64,000 bases of DNA, taken from sequence record OK570374. One strand, written 5' to 3'. Source of the stretch: Escherichia phage UoN_LG358_1. The notes under the pieces were generated by a model, which saw only the letters and a program-made list of their open reading frames with translations, searched no databases and was not told where the DNA came from. Shown here one piece after another: positions 25,038-35,092 of this stretch; the first letter of the stretch is position 1, and each line of letters opens with the position of its first letter. Made by a program: the position numbers and the translations under genes.

Positions 25038-25262
25038 TCAACTCAAACTTTTCATTGCTTCTTCAAACGTTAATTTTTTAACTGAAAGATACCGCGCCGA
25101 GCTAATTTTCTTACCATTGCTAAGGACGACCAGTGTCCCGTAGTCCCATCCTGATAAATCTATTGAGTTCCATATATCAACACATACTTGTAGTGACTCA
25201 TCCGCTACTATGAACTTCTCGTGACCATCTCGGTCACGATTGGCAATTAAAACATAAATCAA
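25038..25262 (-). CDS. Hypothetical small protein immediately downstream of gene 41
   Basis: 74-aa ORF; occupies the T4 dmd/61.4 position but I could not confirm similarity. Confidence 0.4.
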   Translation of the reverse strand: MIYVLIANRDRDGHEKFIVADESLQVCVDIWNSIDLSGWDYGTLVVLSNGKKISSARYLSVKKLTFEEAMKSLS

Positions 25263-26698
25263 AATTTAAGTTCCTCTGCAAGTGCGTCCAGCTTAGCTCG
25301 GGCTGATGTCTGGTCCGCGCGTTGTTGTCTATTAGCCTCGGCTTTTCGTTGCTGAGCTCCGGATGTTTCAGTAACTGGAGTTGGCTGAGTTCCACCTTCC
25401 TGTGCAATTTCAACCCAGCGTTGATTTCCTTTCTTAACGCCTACCGCAAACTTATTCCAAATATTTTTATCGCCATAACGAGATTTAATCTGCTTGATGA
25501 GTTGTTGTCCCATCTGAGCAAGTTCTTCTGTCTCAATCACAGCAAGCATGAAGTCCGCCGTTGCCGGTAAGCCAGCTGATTCTGCAATGTCGGACATATT
25601 CATATCAGAAGCATCCCATGCACCACGACCAACCTGAGCCGCAGACCAGACGACAGTTTCTGATTCTACCGCCAGCGCACGGAGTTCTTCGGCAATTGCT
25701 TTCACTAAAGTGTAACTGTTTTCAGTATAAACACGAATACGGCAAGAACCACATATTCCTAGATAGTCAATCATAATGATATCAGGAACAAAATTCTTTT
25801 TAAGTTTTAACTCATTTAGTAAAGCTCTAAATGTGTTCGCATTAGCTCCGCCGGTAGGATATTGTTTAATGATTAAACGGCCAAGAGTATTTTTATCTCG
25901 CCATTTTTCCATCTTACCTTTGTATTCTGCATATGACACATTGCCGTCATCAATATCATCCAAAGATACATCAAGTAAGTTAGCATCAATACGTTTAGCG
26001 CAGACCTCCTCGGCCATCTCCATGGAGATATAAAGAACATTCTTACCAGTTTGAAGATAATCAGCTGCTAAAGAACACAATCCAAGAGACTTACCAACGT
26101 TAACACCAGCCATGAGAATGTTGAGAGTGCCAGTTTCTGCCCCGCCCTTAGTGATACGGTTCAAAATATTCATCAAGAATGGAACTTTACGAGCCTTGTT
26201 CTGATACGCTAACCAACGAGCTTCATAATCTTCCATCCAATCATGACCGACATAAGAGTCAAAACTAATAGAAAGAGCTTGACGCATAATGTCTGGAATT
26301 GCTCCAACATCCGGTAATTTTTTGTTTCTTTTTTCTGGCGGTAGTTCAGCGTTCGTTTGAATTTCAATGATTTTTGATGTTGCATTATACATCGCATGAG
26401 ACTGTACATATTTCTCAGTCTCTTTTACCAACCATGCTTGGTCTTCTGGCGTATCTGCTAATTTATCAATTAATTTTTTGGCTTGTTCAGCTTCAGATTC
26501 ACCTAGAGTTGAATTGTCTAACGCAATATTCAAAGCATTGATTGAAGGGACAGATTGATATTCGTTGATATGTTTTTGTAATAAGTTAAACACATTTTTA
26601 GCCGGGCCATGTTCAAAATATTCTGAATCCATATATGGCCAAACTTTTGCGAAATATCCTTGATTAAAAATAAGATGCGATAATATTGTTTCTACCAC
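25259..26698 (-). CDS. 41: Replicative DNA helicase gp41 (DnaB-like)
   Basis: 479 aa; near-colinear with recalled T4 gp41 (ILSHLIF, KVWPYMDSEYFE, Walker A GVNVGKS, YISMEMAEEVCAKRIDAN). Confidence 0.92.
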   Translation of the reverse strand: MVETILSHLIFNQGYFAKVWPYMDSEYFEHGPAKNVFNLLQKHINEYQSVPSINALNIALDNSTLGESEAEQAKKLIDKLADTPEDQAWLVKETEKYVQSHAMYNATSKIIEIQTNAELPPEKRNKKLPDVGAIPDIMRQALSISFDSYVGHDWMEDYEARWLAYQNKARKVPFLMNILNRITKGGAETGTLNILMAGVNVGKSLGLCSLAADYLQTGKNVLYISMEMAEEVCAKRIDANLLDVSLDDIDDGNVSYAEYKGKMEKWRDKNTLGRLIIKQYPTGGANANTFRALLNELKLKKNFVPDIIMIDYLGICGSCRIRVYTENSYTLVKAIAEELRALAVESETVVWSAAQVGRGAWDASDMNMSDIAESAGLPATADFMLAVIETEELAQMGQQLIKQIKSRYGDKNIWNKFAVGVKKGNQRWVEIAQEGGTQPTPVTETSGAQQRKAEANRQQRADQTSARAKLDALAEELKF

Positions 26699-26708
26699 GG
26701 TAACCTCA

Positions 26709-27068
26709 TTAAAATAATTTGAAACGTTTTTTATTACGCTCAGCTAACGCTTGCTCAATTTGAATTTTAACACATTTTTCAACATGCGGAGCTAGTTCTG
26801 CTTTTCTATCTTCGGATAATGTAGAAAAATCTACAGAAATTTCGTTTCCATTGTGATTTATTGATGTGACATAAACTATATGCGAAGACCCATCTTCTAA
26901 TGTTAGCAAAATTTCTTGTACTATATTAGCCATTGCCTTTTTGACAATATCTAATGATTTTTGGTAAACTCTTTCTGTCCTCTCAAATTCCCCCTCCTGA
27001 GAGGGGGCTTCTTCGACGACTTCAAGATTTAAATCTAATTCGCTTAAATCATAATCGTCTTGTTTCAT
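26709..27068 (-). CDS. Hypothetical protein in the gene 40 position
   Basis: 119-aa acidic ORF between uvsX and 41. Confidence 0.5.
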   Translation of the reverse strand: MKQDDYDLSELDLNLEVVEEAPSQEGEFERTERVYQKSLDIVKKAMANIVQEILLTLEDGSSHIVYVTSINHNGNEISVDFSTLSEDRKAELAPHVEKCVKIQIEQALAERNKKRFKLF

Positions 27069-28231
27069 TATTCGTCCATCATAGAGTCAAGGTCATCTTC
27101 AATTGCTGCCGGAGACGGAGCATGAGAACCTTCGGGAGCTTTGAAAACCTCAGTTTTTGAATTAATCAATGCATCAACTTCAGCATCAACAACCGCATTA
27201 CTATCAATTGCGCCCAGTTGATATTTACGTTTAATTGCATCACGGAATGGTTGATGCTTGAACATCGGTCCCCAGAAATCTACGCATGATGTAGCTGCGG
27301 CGCGCCATGATTTTTCTTCACGAACCATTTCACCGGTTTCAATGTCCAAATATTCGCGAGCATACCAACCATTTTTTGGTTTAACTACAAACCCAAGCTC
27401 CAATGCCATTTCAAGCAAACCGGAATACGGGTCAATACCACCATCAAATTTAACATCAATAAAGAACTTAGATTTCTCTTTAACTGTACGAGATTTTTCT
27501 GCGTTTAAAACAAACTGATAACCTTGCAAATCAGTACCGTCTTTAATCTGACGTTTGCCGATAATGAACACGGTATCTGCAGAATACATCGGGCCAGTAC
27601 CACCGGTCATTACCGTTTTACTGAACATTTCAATAGTTTCAATTGTATGGTTAACTGCAACACATGGAATGTTCTTAATACTGAAATATGGAGTAACGAT
27701 ACGGAACAGAGATTTCAATGCTTTCGCACGTGTCATATCTGCAACCGATTTTTCATTCAACGCGTCTTCAGTTTCTTTCTTGGAAGCGAGGTTACCAATT
27801 GAGTCGATGAATACAATAACCTTTTCACCACGCTCAATTTCTTCCAGCTGATTTACCATATCAATCTTAAGTTGTTCAACAGACTGAACAGGAGTATGAA
27901 CAACACGGTCAGGGTCAACGCCCATAGATTTCAGATAAGCCGGAGTAATACCGAATTCACTATCATAGAACAGACAAATTGCATCTGGATGTTTTGTCAT
28001 ATAAGCACTGACCATTGTCAGAGACATATTCGATTTAAAGTGCTTTGACGGACCAGCAAAGATTGTTAAACCAGACTGCATACCACCATCTAATGCCCCA
28101 CTGATTGCAATGTTCAGCATCGGAATTTTAGTACGGATAACGTCTTTTTCGTTGAAGAATTTTGACTTAGTTAGTTCCGCGGTCATTTTAGAAGTGGATG
28201 CTTTAATCAGACGAGATTTTAAATCAGACAT
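27068..28231 (-). CDS. uvsX: UvsX recombinase (RecA-like)
   Basis: 387 aa; N-terminus MSDLKSRLIKASTSK essentially identical to recalled T4 UvsX; Walker A GPSKHFKS. Confidence 0.92.
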   Translation of the reverse strand: MSDLKSRLIKASTSKMTAELTKSKFFNEKDVIRTKIPMLNIAISGALDGGMQSGLTIFAGPSKHFKSNMSLTMVSAYMTKHPDAICLFYDSEFGITPAYLKSMGVDPDRVVHTPVQSVEQLKIDMVNQLEEIERGEKVIVFIDSIGNLASKKETEDALNEKSVADMTRAKALKSLFRIVTPYFSIKNIPCVAVNHTIETIEMFSKTVMTGGTGPMYSADTVFIIGKRQIKDGTDLQGYQFVLNAEKSRTVKEKSKFFIDVKFDGGIDPYSGLLEMALELGFVVKPKNGWYAREYLDIETGEMVREEKSWRAAATSCVDFWGPMFKHQPFRDAIKRKYQLGAIDSNAVVDAEVDALINSKTEVFKAPEGSHAPSPAAIEDDLDSMMDE

Positions 28232-28304
28232 TCATTTTTTCCATAAGTCTCCATTATATTTTTCTCATAGGTTTAAAGGATAGAGTAATTATATCAAAAC
28301 AAAT

Positions 28305-28445
28305 TTAAAGCGATTTAACTTTTATTACGCACTTAATTGGTGAGTTGACCATAGATTTTCGGGGTTTAGCCATTTTAACCTCAGGTACATCCTCAGTTCT
28401 TTTAATCCAACTTTTGTATGGACAGTATTTTTCTTTCTTGGTCAT
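28305..28445 (-). CDS. Possible 46-aa basic peptide (weak)
   Basis: Short ORF in the 280-bp uvsX/beta-gt intergenic region; poor SD. Confidence 0.2.
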   Translation of the reverse strand: MTKKEKYCPYKSWIKRTEDVPEVKMAKPRKSMVNSPIKCVIKVKSL

Positions 28446-28512
28446 GATATTTCCGGTTTAAATTTTTGAAAGAAGGTACACTAGAAGTATACCTTCGCGA
28501 AAATTTTTAAAC

Positions 28513-29589
28513 TTACAGGTCAATAGCCTTGCGGAACTCTTCTTGCCAAATTGGTTTTTCATCAAGATATTTTTGAAGAATTTTGTGCTGATATTTCAAA
28601 GTTTCAACACGGAACTCTTCATCTTCTTTAATCTTGTTGATTTTATCTACTAATTCTTGACGATTACTCACATAAAAGAAATCATTACCTTCCATGATAT
28701 TCATGTCAGGGTCAAACGTGCTATCGAAGAATGCCACTGCAGTAGATGCTAGAGCTTCCCATACACGAGGAGTGATTTGGTTGTTATCGTAGGTTTTATC
28801 ACCTAATACAATAGTAGCATACGCGGTTGAGTTGCGTTGAACCATTTCACGAGAGTCTACTTTACCGGGGAATACCGGCGGAGTCGTCCAAGGAAATTCT
28901 GGGTTCTTGAACTGTTCTGCTTTCACTGAACCAAAGAATTCAACATCCAATCCAGTATCAAATAGGTATTCAACCATTTTAGCTTCACGGTTACCAGAAC
29001 GGAAAGTGCCGCCATAAATCAGGTCTCGCATTTTGATGCCATCTGCGGCAATCTTAAAGACACTATGATACATTTTATGACGGTCCAAAGCAAAATGAAC
29101 GAATTCTAGTTTATCGGATAAACATCCAACTAAACGATCAGAATGAATTTTCTTGCATTGCTCTAGATTTCTTCCTTGAGATACAATACGCATTGGAGAT
29201 GTTACAATGAATTGTTCTTCTTTATATTTACTGGACCATTTCTTTTTAGACATCCTTCGCCAAGCTTGCTCAAACGGAAGACGAATATCGGTGAACAAAT
29301 AATAAATTTTTGATTTATACTTATTCATGAACATATAAGCTTCTTTGTTCATCTTATTTTCTTCGCCGCCATAGAAGTTCAGAGCAGCATTAACGACCAA
29401 TAAGCGGTCATACACATTCGGGTCTTTTACTGAATCGAAAGAAATTCCATACTGTGTATTTTTCATTGAAATAAGGTCAACATCAAGACCCATATCTTTT
29501 AAACATTCGGACAAATAAATTGTTTCTGAAGCAGGGGTTGTTTTAAACCCCTGGATGTTATTGCCCATATTAATAATAGCAATTTTCAT
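28513..29589 (-). CDS. DNA beta-glucosyltransferase (hmC-DNA)
   Basis: 358 aa; matches recalled T4 beta-gt (MKIAIINMGNN, KYKSKIYYLFTDIRLPF, YGG.FRSG.RE.KMVE.LFDTGL, FKNP..PWT..PVF.GK, AFKKAIDL-type C-terminus). Confidence 0.9.
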   Translation of the reverse strand: MKIAIINMGNNIQGFKTTPASETIYLSECLKDMGLDVDLISMKNTQYGISFDSVKDPNVYDRLLVVNAALNFYGGEENKMNKEAYMFMNKYKSKIYYLFTDIRLPFEQAWRRMSKKKWSSKYKEEQFIVTSPMRIVSQGRNLEQCKKIHSDRLVGCLSDKLEFVHFALDRHKMYHSVFKIAADGIKMRDLIYGGTFRSGNREAKMVEYLFDTGLDVEFFGSVKAEQFKNPEFPWTTPPVFPGKVDSREMVQRNSTAYATIVLGDKTYDNNQITPRVWEALASTAVAFFDSTFDPDMNIMEGNDFFYVSNRQELVDKINKIKEDEEFRVETLKYQHKILQKYLDEKPIWQEEFRKAIDL

Positions 29590-30422
29590 AGTGTCGGTTC
29601 AATCTCGCTAAATTTATGAAAAGCATCTGACTTCTGCTTTTTAGCAACACACATACGAAGTACTTTCAAAGGTTCATCAGTACCAAACATAGTTTTGGTT
29701 GGGTCACCTTCTGATTTCCACCGAGCTTGAGTTGGGAAGTCAGCATGAATTTTTTCCAGCGCTCTGTTCTGTTTAGCAGCATTACGCATAGATGATACAC
29801 CGCCTGGAGCTTGTCCTTTACCTGATTTAACGAGATATTTAAAAATCGCCAAATGAGGATAACCCATATTAATGAGTTTAAGAAACGCGTATGTATCTTC
29901 GGATAGGTCTACTATACCATATCCAATGTCATCGGCAGAAAGTTTGCTTAAATCATAAAAAGTATTTGTAAACCCGTAAGAGTTCTCACGGAAATGACCC
30001 CATTTAGAGTCAATCTTGAATATTGGCAAGCGAGCGTGACCATGATAAAAGCCGCAGTCCATCGCTGTTTCAACATAAAGACAAAGATTATTAAATTCAT
30101 CCCAGGTCATTCCAACATCATGGAGAATGCGCCGGTCATCTTTTTCGCGAATTTCCGTTGTATGAATAGTAGTATCATCATCCAACATCCAAATTCGTTG
30201 TCCTTGATACATTTCGGTGATTAAACGACGAGTACCAGCAATCCCATTTACATCATCCGGGATAGTTACTATTTTAGCAATTGTGCTATATCGAGTTTCG
30301 TATTCTTCTTTTTGAGACTCGCGAACTACAAGATGAGCGACATAACCTTCAGGGAACATGTCTAGGGCAGTAACTGCCCCGGCACGATTATAACTTGGAA
30401 TTACAAATTGAATCATTTCCAA
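29586..30422 (-). CDS. Putative nucleotide-sugar glycosyltransferase (GT-A-like motifs); candidate second DNA sugar transferase
   Basis: 278 aa; N-terminal FVIPSYNRAGA and WMLDDDT (DxD-like) motifs; translationally coupled between gene 42 (10-nt overlap) and beta-gt (ATGA overlap). Function inferred from motifs only. Confidence 0.4.
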   Translation of the reverse strand: MEMIQFVIPSYNRAGAVTALDMFPEGYVAHLVVRESQKEEYETRYSTIAKIVTIPDDVNGIAGTRRLITEMYQGQRIWMLDDDTTIHTTEIREKDDRRILHDVGMTWDEFNNLCLYVETAMDCGFYHGHARLPIFKIDSKWGHFRENSYGFTNTFYDLSKLSADDIGYGIVDLSEDTYAFLKLINMGYPHLAIFKYLVKSGKGQAPGGVSSMRNAAKQNRALEKIHADFPTQARWKSEGDPTKTMFGTDEPLKVLRMCVAKKQKSDAFHKFSEIEPTL

Positions 30423-31150
30423 TAACCTTTGTAATCTTTCTTTGGTATATGAGTTTCACCAGTGTGATAAAAATGGTCAACTAGATAAAATTGATTTTCA
30501 TATACATGGAGGCTTCCGGCGTTCCAAATAATGTCACCAACTACATATTTTTTATCGCGACCGCAGTTAAGTGTCTGTACTAATAATTCTAATACATGTT
30601 TTTGCCAAGCATAGTCATTACGATAACCTGCCCAGCAATCGTTGCTTCTCATACTCACAACAGCATGAACTTGCTCATCGCGAATTAAGTATTGAACCGT
30701 GTTTGTACACATGAAATCACTCATACCGTCACGGTTATAATCAGTCTGCATACTTGGACGAGTATAAATCATAATTCCACGGCGAGAATCTGGATTGACA
30801 CTCAGTTCAGCCGCACAACTTGCAAATTGGCTATAATTATCTTTATTCCAAATCGCCCATCCGTAGTTTGAGTTAATCTCGCCGTTTTTGGATGAAATCT
30901 GGTCCCAAATTGCTGGAGTTTTTCCTGGAATGTCTTTAACGAATAAACTTTGAGACTTATACCATTCTAATTCGCGGGCTACATACTCATCATTAACTGA
31001 ACCAAAAATAAGTTCTTCATCTGCAACAAAAGACGCGCCGATAATTTCAATAGTTTTTACGCCAGTTTTGTCAATAACAAACTCTTCATTTTCGAGAGCT
31101 ACAGCAAATTCCTGACGAATGTCTTGTACTGTCAAAGGTGTGATAATCAT
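30413..31150 (-). CDS. 42: dCMP hydroxymethylase gp42
   Basis: 245 aa; matches recalled T4 gp42 (VDKTGVKTIEIIGASFVADE, LEWYKS.SLFVKDIPG, NPDSRRGIMIYTRPSMQ, DGMSDFMCTNTVQYLIRD). Confidence 0.9.
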   Translation of the reverse strand: MIITPLTVQDIRQEFAVALENEEFVIDKTGVKTIEIIGASFVADEELIFGSVNDEYVARELEWYKSQSLFVKDIPGKTPAIWDQISSKNGEINSNYGWAIWNKDNYSQFASCAAELSVNPDSRRGIMIYTRPSMQTDYNRDGMSDFMCTNTVQYLIRDEQVHAVVSMRSNDCWAGYRNDYAWQKHVLELLVQTLNCGRDKKYVVGDIIWNAGSLHVYENQFYLVDHFYHTGETHIPKKDYKGYWK

Positions 31151-31395
31151 TTTGCCTCTTTAATTACGATAATTTGTTGAGGTTGGTTATTTTTTCGCTC
31201 GGCGACGAATGCCCAAATTAAAGCAACCAACCATCCAATGAAAGTCCAACCAAAAATAAGATTTAAAAAGAAAATTCCAACATTAGATTTTGTCCCACGA
31301 AGAAGAGCAATAATCCACGGAAGAAAATACGCTAAAAACGCTAAGAACAATGAACCAAAACCAAGTGCCGCTGTACCCAATACGATAGTTTCCAT
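31147..31395 (-). CDS. imm: Superinfection immunity membrane protein (Imm-like)
   Basis: 82 aa from METIVLG (GAGGAA SD); two TM segments; T4 imm position and size. Confidence 0.6.
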   Translation of the reverse strand: METIVLGTAALGFGSLFLAFLAYFLPWIIALLRGTKSNVGIFFLNLIFGWTFIGWLVALIWAFVAERKNNQPQQIIVIKEAK

Positions 31396-31423
31396 TATAA
31401 TTTCCTCTATTTTATCAAATGAT

Positions 31424-31870
31424 TTATTTAGCATTTTTAGCCATACATTTATTAAAAGCTTTCACTTTTCCGCCTGAACGATAATGAATAACTGCCAGAC
31501 GAGTTTTATTATTTGGATTTTTGAAGTATTGTTCACGAAGAACTTCTTCATGAGCTTCTACCACAAATTCACACATTCTGATAGCTTTTTCCTTTTTATC
31601 GAGTGCAGCTTGACGTTCATCACCTTCAGCTACTGATTTTTTAATTGCAGCTTCAAGCGGACTATTCGCGCGCCGTTCTTCAATTTCTTTAATAGCGTTA
31701 AGAGTTTCCTGCGAGACTTGAGAAGTTGCACGAGTATAAACCATCCCAGAAGCTGGTTTGTAAACCAAATTACCTTCACTTCCATAATGTGGTTGCGAAT
31801 AAGGTTGAATAGAACAACCTGCTAAAGTAGTTGCTGCTAGAACAATCAGTGATTTCAAATTAAATTTCAT
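31424..31870 (-). CDS. Lipoprotein (signal peptide with LAGC lipobox)
   Basis: 149 aa from MKFNLKSLIVLAATTLAGCS; GAGGAA SD; the track N-terminus is promoter read-through. Confidence 0.6.
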   Translation of the reverse strand: MKFNLKSLIVLAATTLAGCSIQPYSQPHYGSEGNLVYKPASGMVYTRATSQVSQETLNAIKEIEERRANSPLEAAIKKSVAEGDERQAALDKKEKAIRMCEFVVEAHEEVLREQYFKNPNNKTRLAVIHYRSGGKVKAFNKCMAKNAK

Positions 31871-31889
31871 TTTATTTTCCTCATTTGTT

Positions 31890-31931
31890 TTGATGAGATA
31901 ATAGTAACACATCCTTCCATGGATGTAAACG
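31890..31931 (-). promoter_or_regulatory. T4-type early promoter (cassette family A)
   Basis: gtaaac at 31925-31930, TGTTACTAT -10; block identical to 6335-6390. Confidence 0.55.
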
Positions 31932-31932
31932 G

Positions 31933-34626
31933 TTAGAAGTCAAACATATCTTCTAACGATGCTTTCTCTTCGTAGTCCATACCAGCAGCCTCACACATGC
32001 CAGTCAAAGGTTTGACAAAAGACTTCTGAAAGAGTGTGGTGTAATCCATCCAAGCCAATACTTCTGAACGAATTTCCTGTGGCAACTCAGTACCGGATGG
32101 CCAAGCAATGCACTTATCACCAAACGGGTTTCCTTCGCGCAAAGGAACAATCATTACTTTGTTCCCCTCAAGAATTGGAGTAGCGCTGAACCCAGCAGTC
32201 GCTCGGTTGTAAGTCAAAGCACCTCGAATGTGGAACGGACACTTAAATCCAGGCCATCCGTTATCATCATACTTGGCGATGTCATTACATGTCTTAACTT
32301 CTGCAATGATTTTGTAATCAAGACCACGGTATTCTTTTTCAAACTGTTTGTAATATTCTTGTACTGATTTTTCACCTTCTTGAAGCATACGACGAATACT
32401 TTCTTCCAATGCTGCCTGCACCGCCTTTGGAGTAGAAGATTGCTGAGTTTCCATACCCATGATTTTTAGATGCGGCTCAGTGTAACGAGTATCTTCCATG
32501 TCATATACGTTCAATGCATAACGTTTCTTAGCTTTCCAGAAACCGCCAATACCCTTTGAACCAAGAGGAGGACAAGAAATAGCCTCACGGTCCATATGCA
32601 TTAGGTGTTCTTTATTATTCATGTACTCACAAAGCTCACGGTAAGCTTTGTCAATCATAGGTTCCATTTTTTTCTTACCAAATTGGTTCATGAATTCAAC
32701 CAAATCATTGGTATTTTTAAAACGCTCTAAACCTACTTTTTCAATTACTTTATCGACAGAAACGTAAACTGAGTCAGTGTCTCCTGCCGCTATAAAATCT
32801 TCATTGGTTGTACCGCATACTCGGTTCAGATACTCGTTAATCTTACGAGCAATCCACTGGATACCAACCTGACCGAACAGAGTGATAGCAGTCGCATTAC
32901 GGAGGTCAAAATATCGGAAATAAATGTTACCGAGAGCACCATAAAGACTGTTGATGAGAATTTTACGGTTCAACTGGTTTGTATTAGCCAAAATACTCGC
33001 AAGTTCACAATCATGTTTCATCGCTTTCAGAGCTGATACACTTAACCCGTAGAGTTCATTCTTCACTTCATCACTAAAATCTTTATAACGCTCAACCTGA
33101 ATTTTACCGCCAGTACCGCCGGACTTTGAAGCCATAACAGCATTAATAACTTCGATGTTACGTTTTTCGGCTTGCTGCTTTTTCTTCCAATCTTTACGTT
33201 GGAAAAATACCTTCGCAATCTCAACCGGGATAATACCCTCACGGTCTTTGTGATACATCCAACCATTTGGTGAACATGAATATGTATCACTAGGACGCGG
33301 TGCTGTTCCATTGATGTATTCATGAATTGGATGAAGCTTAAACTGACCAGCGATAGTTTCTGGACTGATATTCACTTGACGAATGATACTTGGATAAAGA
33401 GACGTCAAGTCAAAACTCATAATATAATTACGAGCACATGCTTTTGGTTCAAATACATAAGCACCTGGGAAGCTCTGCTTAACATGCGAACGTCCTTGCG
33501 GAACCACTCGCTTATCTTCTTTGAGACTATTGAAAATAATAGCATCCCAGGTTTTAATCGGACTCATTACACCGCCAAAAGGCATTTTAGCGTAATAAGA
33601 CATACTAATTGCTAGGTCGATGAACCCACGAACTTGGTCGATACCTTGCACCGATTCAACGTCCATGATGTTATAACTGATATAACGTTGGTGGTTCGTT
33701 TCACGCAATTTGTTAATCGGACCGTCATAAGGCAGTTTACCTTTTTTGGTCTCATATTTTGCAACATAATCCAAAGTATAAGACGGTTGGTTAGTGAAAC
33801 TGTACTTTTTGTACAAATCCATGTAATCAAGAATAGTTACGCCGTCAATGCTAAATACTTCTTTATCACCGTACATGTTAGTGATAATTTTAGATTTCAC
33901 GCGATTGATTGGTGAAAAACGCTTCATCGAACGTTCACCTAGAACTTGCTTAACGCGGTTCATGATATACGGAATATCAAAACCTTCAATGTTCCAACCG
34001 GTGAAAATTACTGGACGCTTTTGTTCCCAAAGACGAATATATTCCATCAACAGTTCGGCTTCAGTTTCAAACGGTAGATAAACAACCCGGTCAAGAATAT
34101 CTTGTGGAACTTCGTCGCCGCGCTCTGCTTCACACCGAGCTGCTAACTTTTTATCCCATTTGGATACTGACCCATACAACGAATGGAGTAAATCAAAGAC
34201 ATAAAATTTGTCATCAATGGAATCGTAATGAGTGATAGCATCAATTTCATATTCTGCTTTCATCGGGTCTGGGAATTTATCGCCAGTAACTTCGATGTCA
34301 CAGTTCGCTACACGAATGAATTTTCGGTCATAAACAATTTCGGAACCATATGTGTCACTGATATATGCGAGTTTAAAATCATCCATTCCCATTGCTTCAA
34401 GACCGACATCTTCCATGCGCTTGAACCAATCACGGGCATCCTTCATTGTAGGAAAATTAATTGGTTCGCAGTCCTTTCCATAGATGTCTTTGAATTTTGA
34501 TGGTTTATCAACATGACGGAACAGAGTCGGAGAATATTCGACGCGACGAGTTTTTTCTACGCCATCTTCAATATATCGTTCAACAATATCATTACCAACA
34601 GTTTCTACAGATACATAAAATTTCAT
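31933..34626 (-). CDS. 43: DNA polymerase gp43 (family B)
   Basis: 897 aa; near-colinear with recalled T4 gp43 (exo motif, YGDTDS-region equivalents, C-terminal KASLE.LF); no intein or intron interruption. Confidence 0.95.
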   Translation of the reverse strand: MKFYVSVETVGNDIVERYIEDGVEKTRRVEYSPTLFRHVDKPSKFKDIYGKDCEPINFPTMKDARDWFKRMEDVGLEAMGMDDFKLAYISDTYGSEIVYDRKFIRVANCDIEVTGDKFPDPMKAEYEIDAITHYDSIDDKFYVFDLLHSLYGSVSKWDKKLAARCEAERGDEVPQDILDRVVYLPFETEAELLMEYIRLWEQKRPVIFTGWNIEGFDIPYIMNRVKQVLGERSMKRFSPINRVKSKIITNMYGDKEVFSIDGVTILDYMDLYKKYSFTNQPSYTLDYVAKYETKKGKLPYDGPINKLRETNHQRYISYNIMDVESVQGIDQVRGFIDLAISMSYYAKMPFGGVMSPIKTWDAIIFNSLKEDKRVVPQGRSHVKQSFPGAYVFEPKACARNYIMSFDLTSLYPSIIRQVNISPETIAGQFKLHPIHEYINGTAPRPSDTYSCSPNGWMYHKDREGIIPVEIAKVFFQRKDWKKKQQAEKRNIEVINAVMASKSGGTGGKIQVERYKDFSDEVKNELYGLSVSALKAMKHDCELASILANTNQLNRKILINSLYGALGNIYFRYFDLRNATAITLFGQVGIQWIARKINEYLNRVCGTTNEDFIAAGDTDSVYVSVDKVIEKVGLERFKNTNDLVEFMNQFGKKKMEPMIDKAYRELCEYMNNKEHLMHMDREAISCPPLGSKGIGGFWKAKKRYALNVYDMEDTRYTEPHLKIMGMETQQSSTPKAVQAALEESIRRMLQEGEKSVQEYYKQFEKEYRGLDYKIIAEVKTCNDIAKYDDNGWPGFKCPFHIRGALTYNRATAGFSATPILEGNKVMIVPLREGNPFGDKCIAWPSGTELPQEIRSEVLAWMDYTTLFQKSFVKPLTGMCEAAGMDYEEKASLEDMFDF

Positions 34627-34696
34627 AAGGTTCCTTAGTTTTTCCAGTGGTCCGAGTGATTAGACCTTGGGTGTATTATATTCTATTCTTTGAATA

Positions 34697-34719
34697 GCAG
34701 AAAAGGCCCGGAGGCCTTT
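34697..34719 (-). terminator. Palindromic hairpin/terminator between regA and gene 43
   Basis: AAAAGGCC-CGGA-GGCCTTTT; T-runs on both strands. Confidence 0.45.
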
Positions 34720-34727
34720 TCATTGAG

Positions 34728-35090
34728 TTACGCGCCTATAGTATATTTCGCGATAAGTTTCCAATCGTCTTTTTGCTTAAATGTGATGACGCGGAAATTA
34801 TTTTGCATAGCTTGCAGAGAACCTCTGTCTACGAGTTCGATTAAACCCCAATCTTCCAGGAGTTGAGCAATTGAGTCGCGGCGGATAATATCTTCATCAT
34901 CAATAGTGACTGGCCGTCCGTCCAGTTTAAGCATCTCTTTAAAATGAACTACATAATAAAGACCCTGCTTCTGTAAGATATGACAACTTTGATATAATAC
35001 ACGGTCTCTGTTATTAGCAATACCCATACGAGTAAGAGTTTCTTTTACTTTCAGGAAGTCTTCAGGTTGTTTCAGTTTAATTTCGATCAT
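34728..35090 (-). CDS. regA: Translational repressor RegA
   Basis: 120 aa from MIEIKLKQPEDFLKVKETLTRMGIANN; near-identical to recalled T4 RegA. Confidence 0.9.
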   Translation of the reverse strand: MIEIKLKQPEDFLKVKETLTRMGIANNRDRVLYQSCHILQKQGLYYVVHFKEMLKLDGRPVTIDDEDIIRRDSIAQLLEDWGLIELVDRGSLQAMQNNFRVITFKQKDDWKLIAKYTIGA

Positions 35091-35092
35091 TT

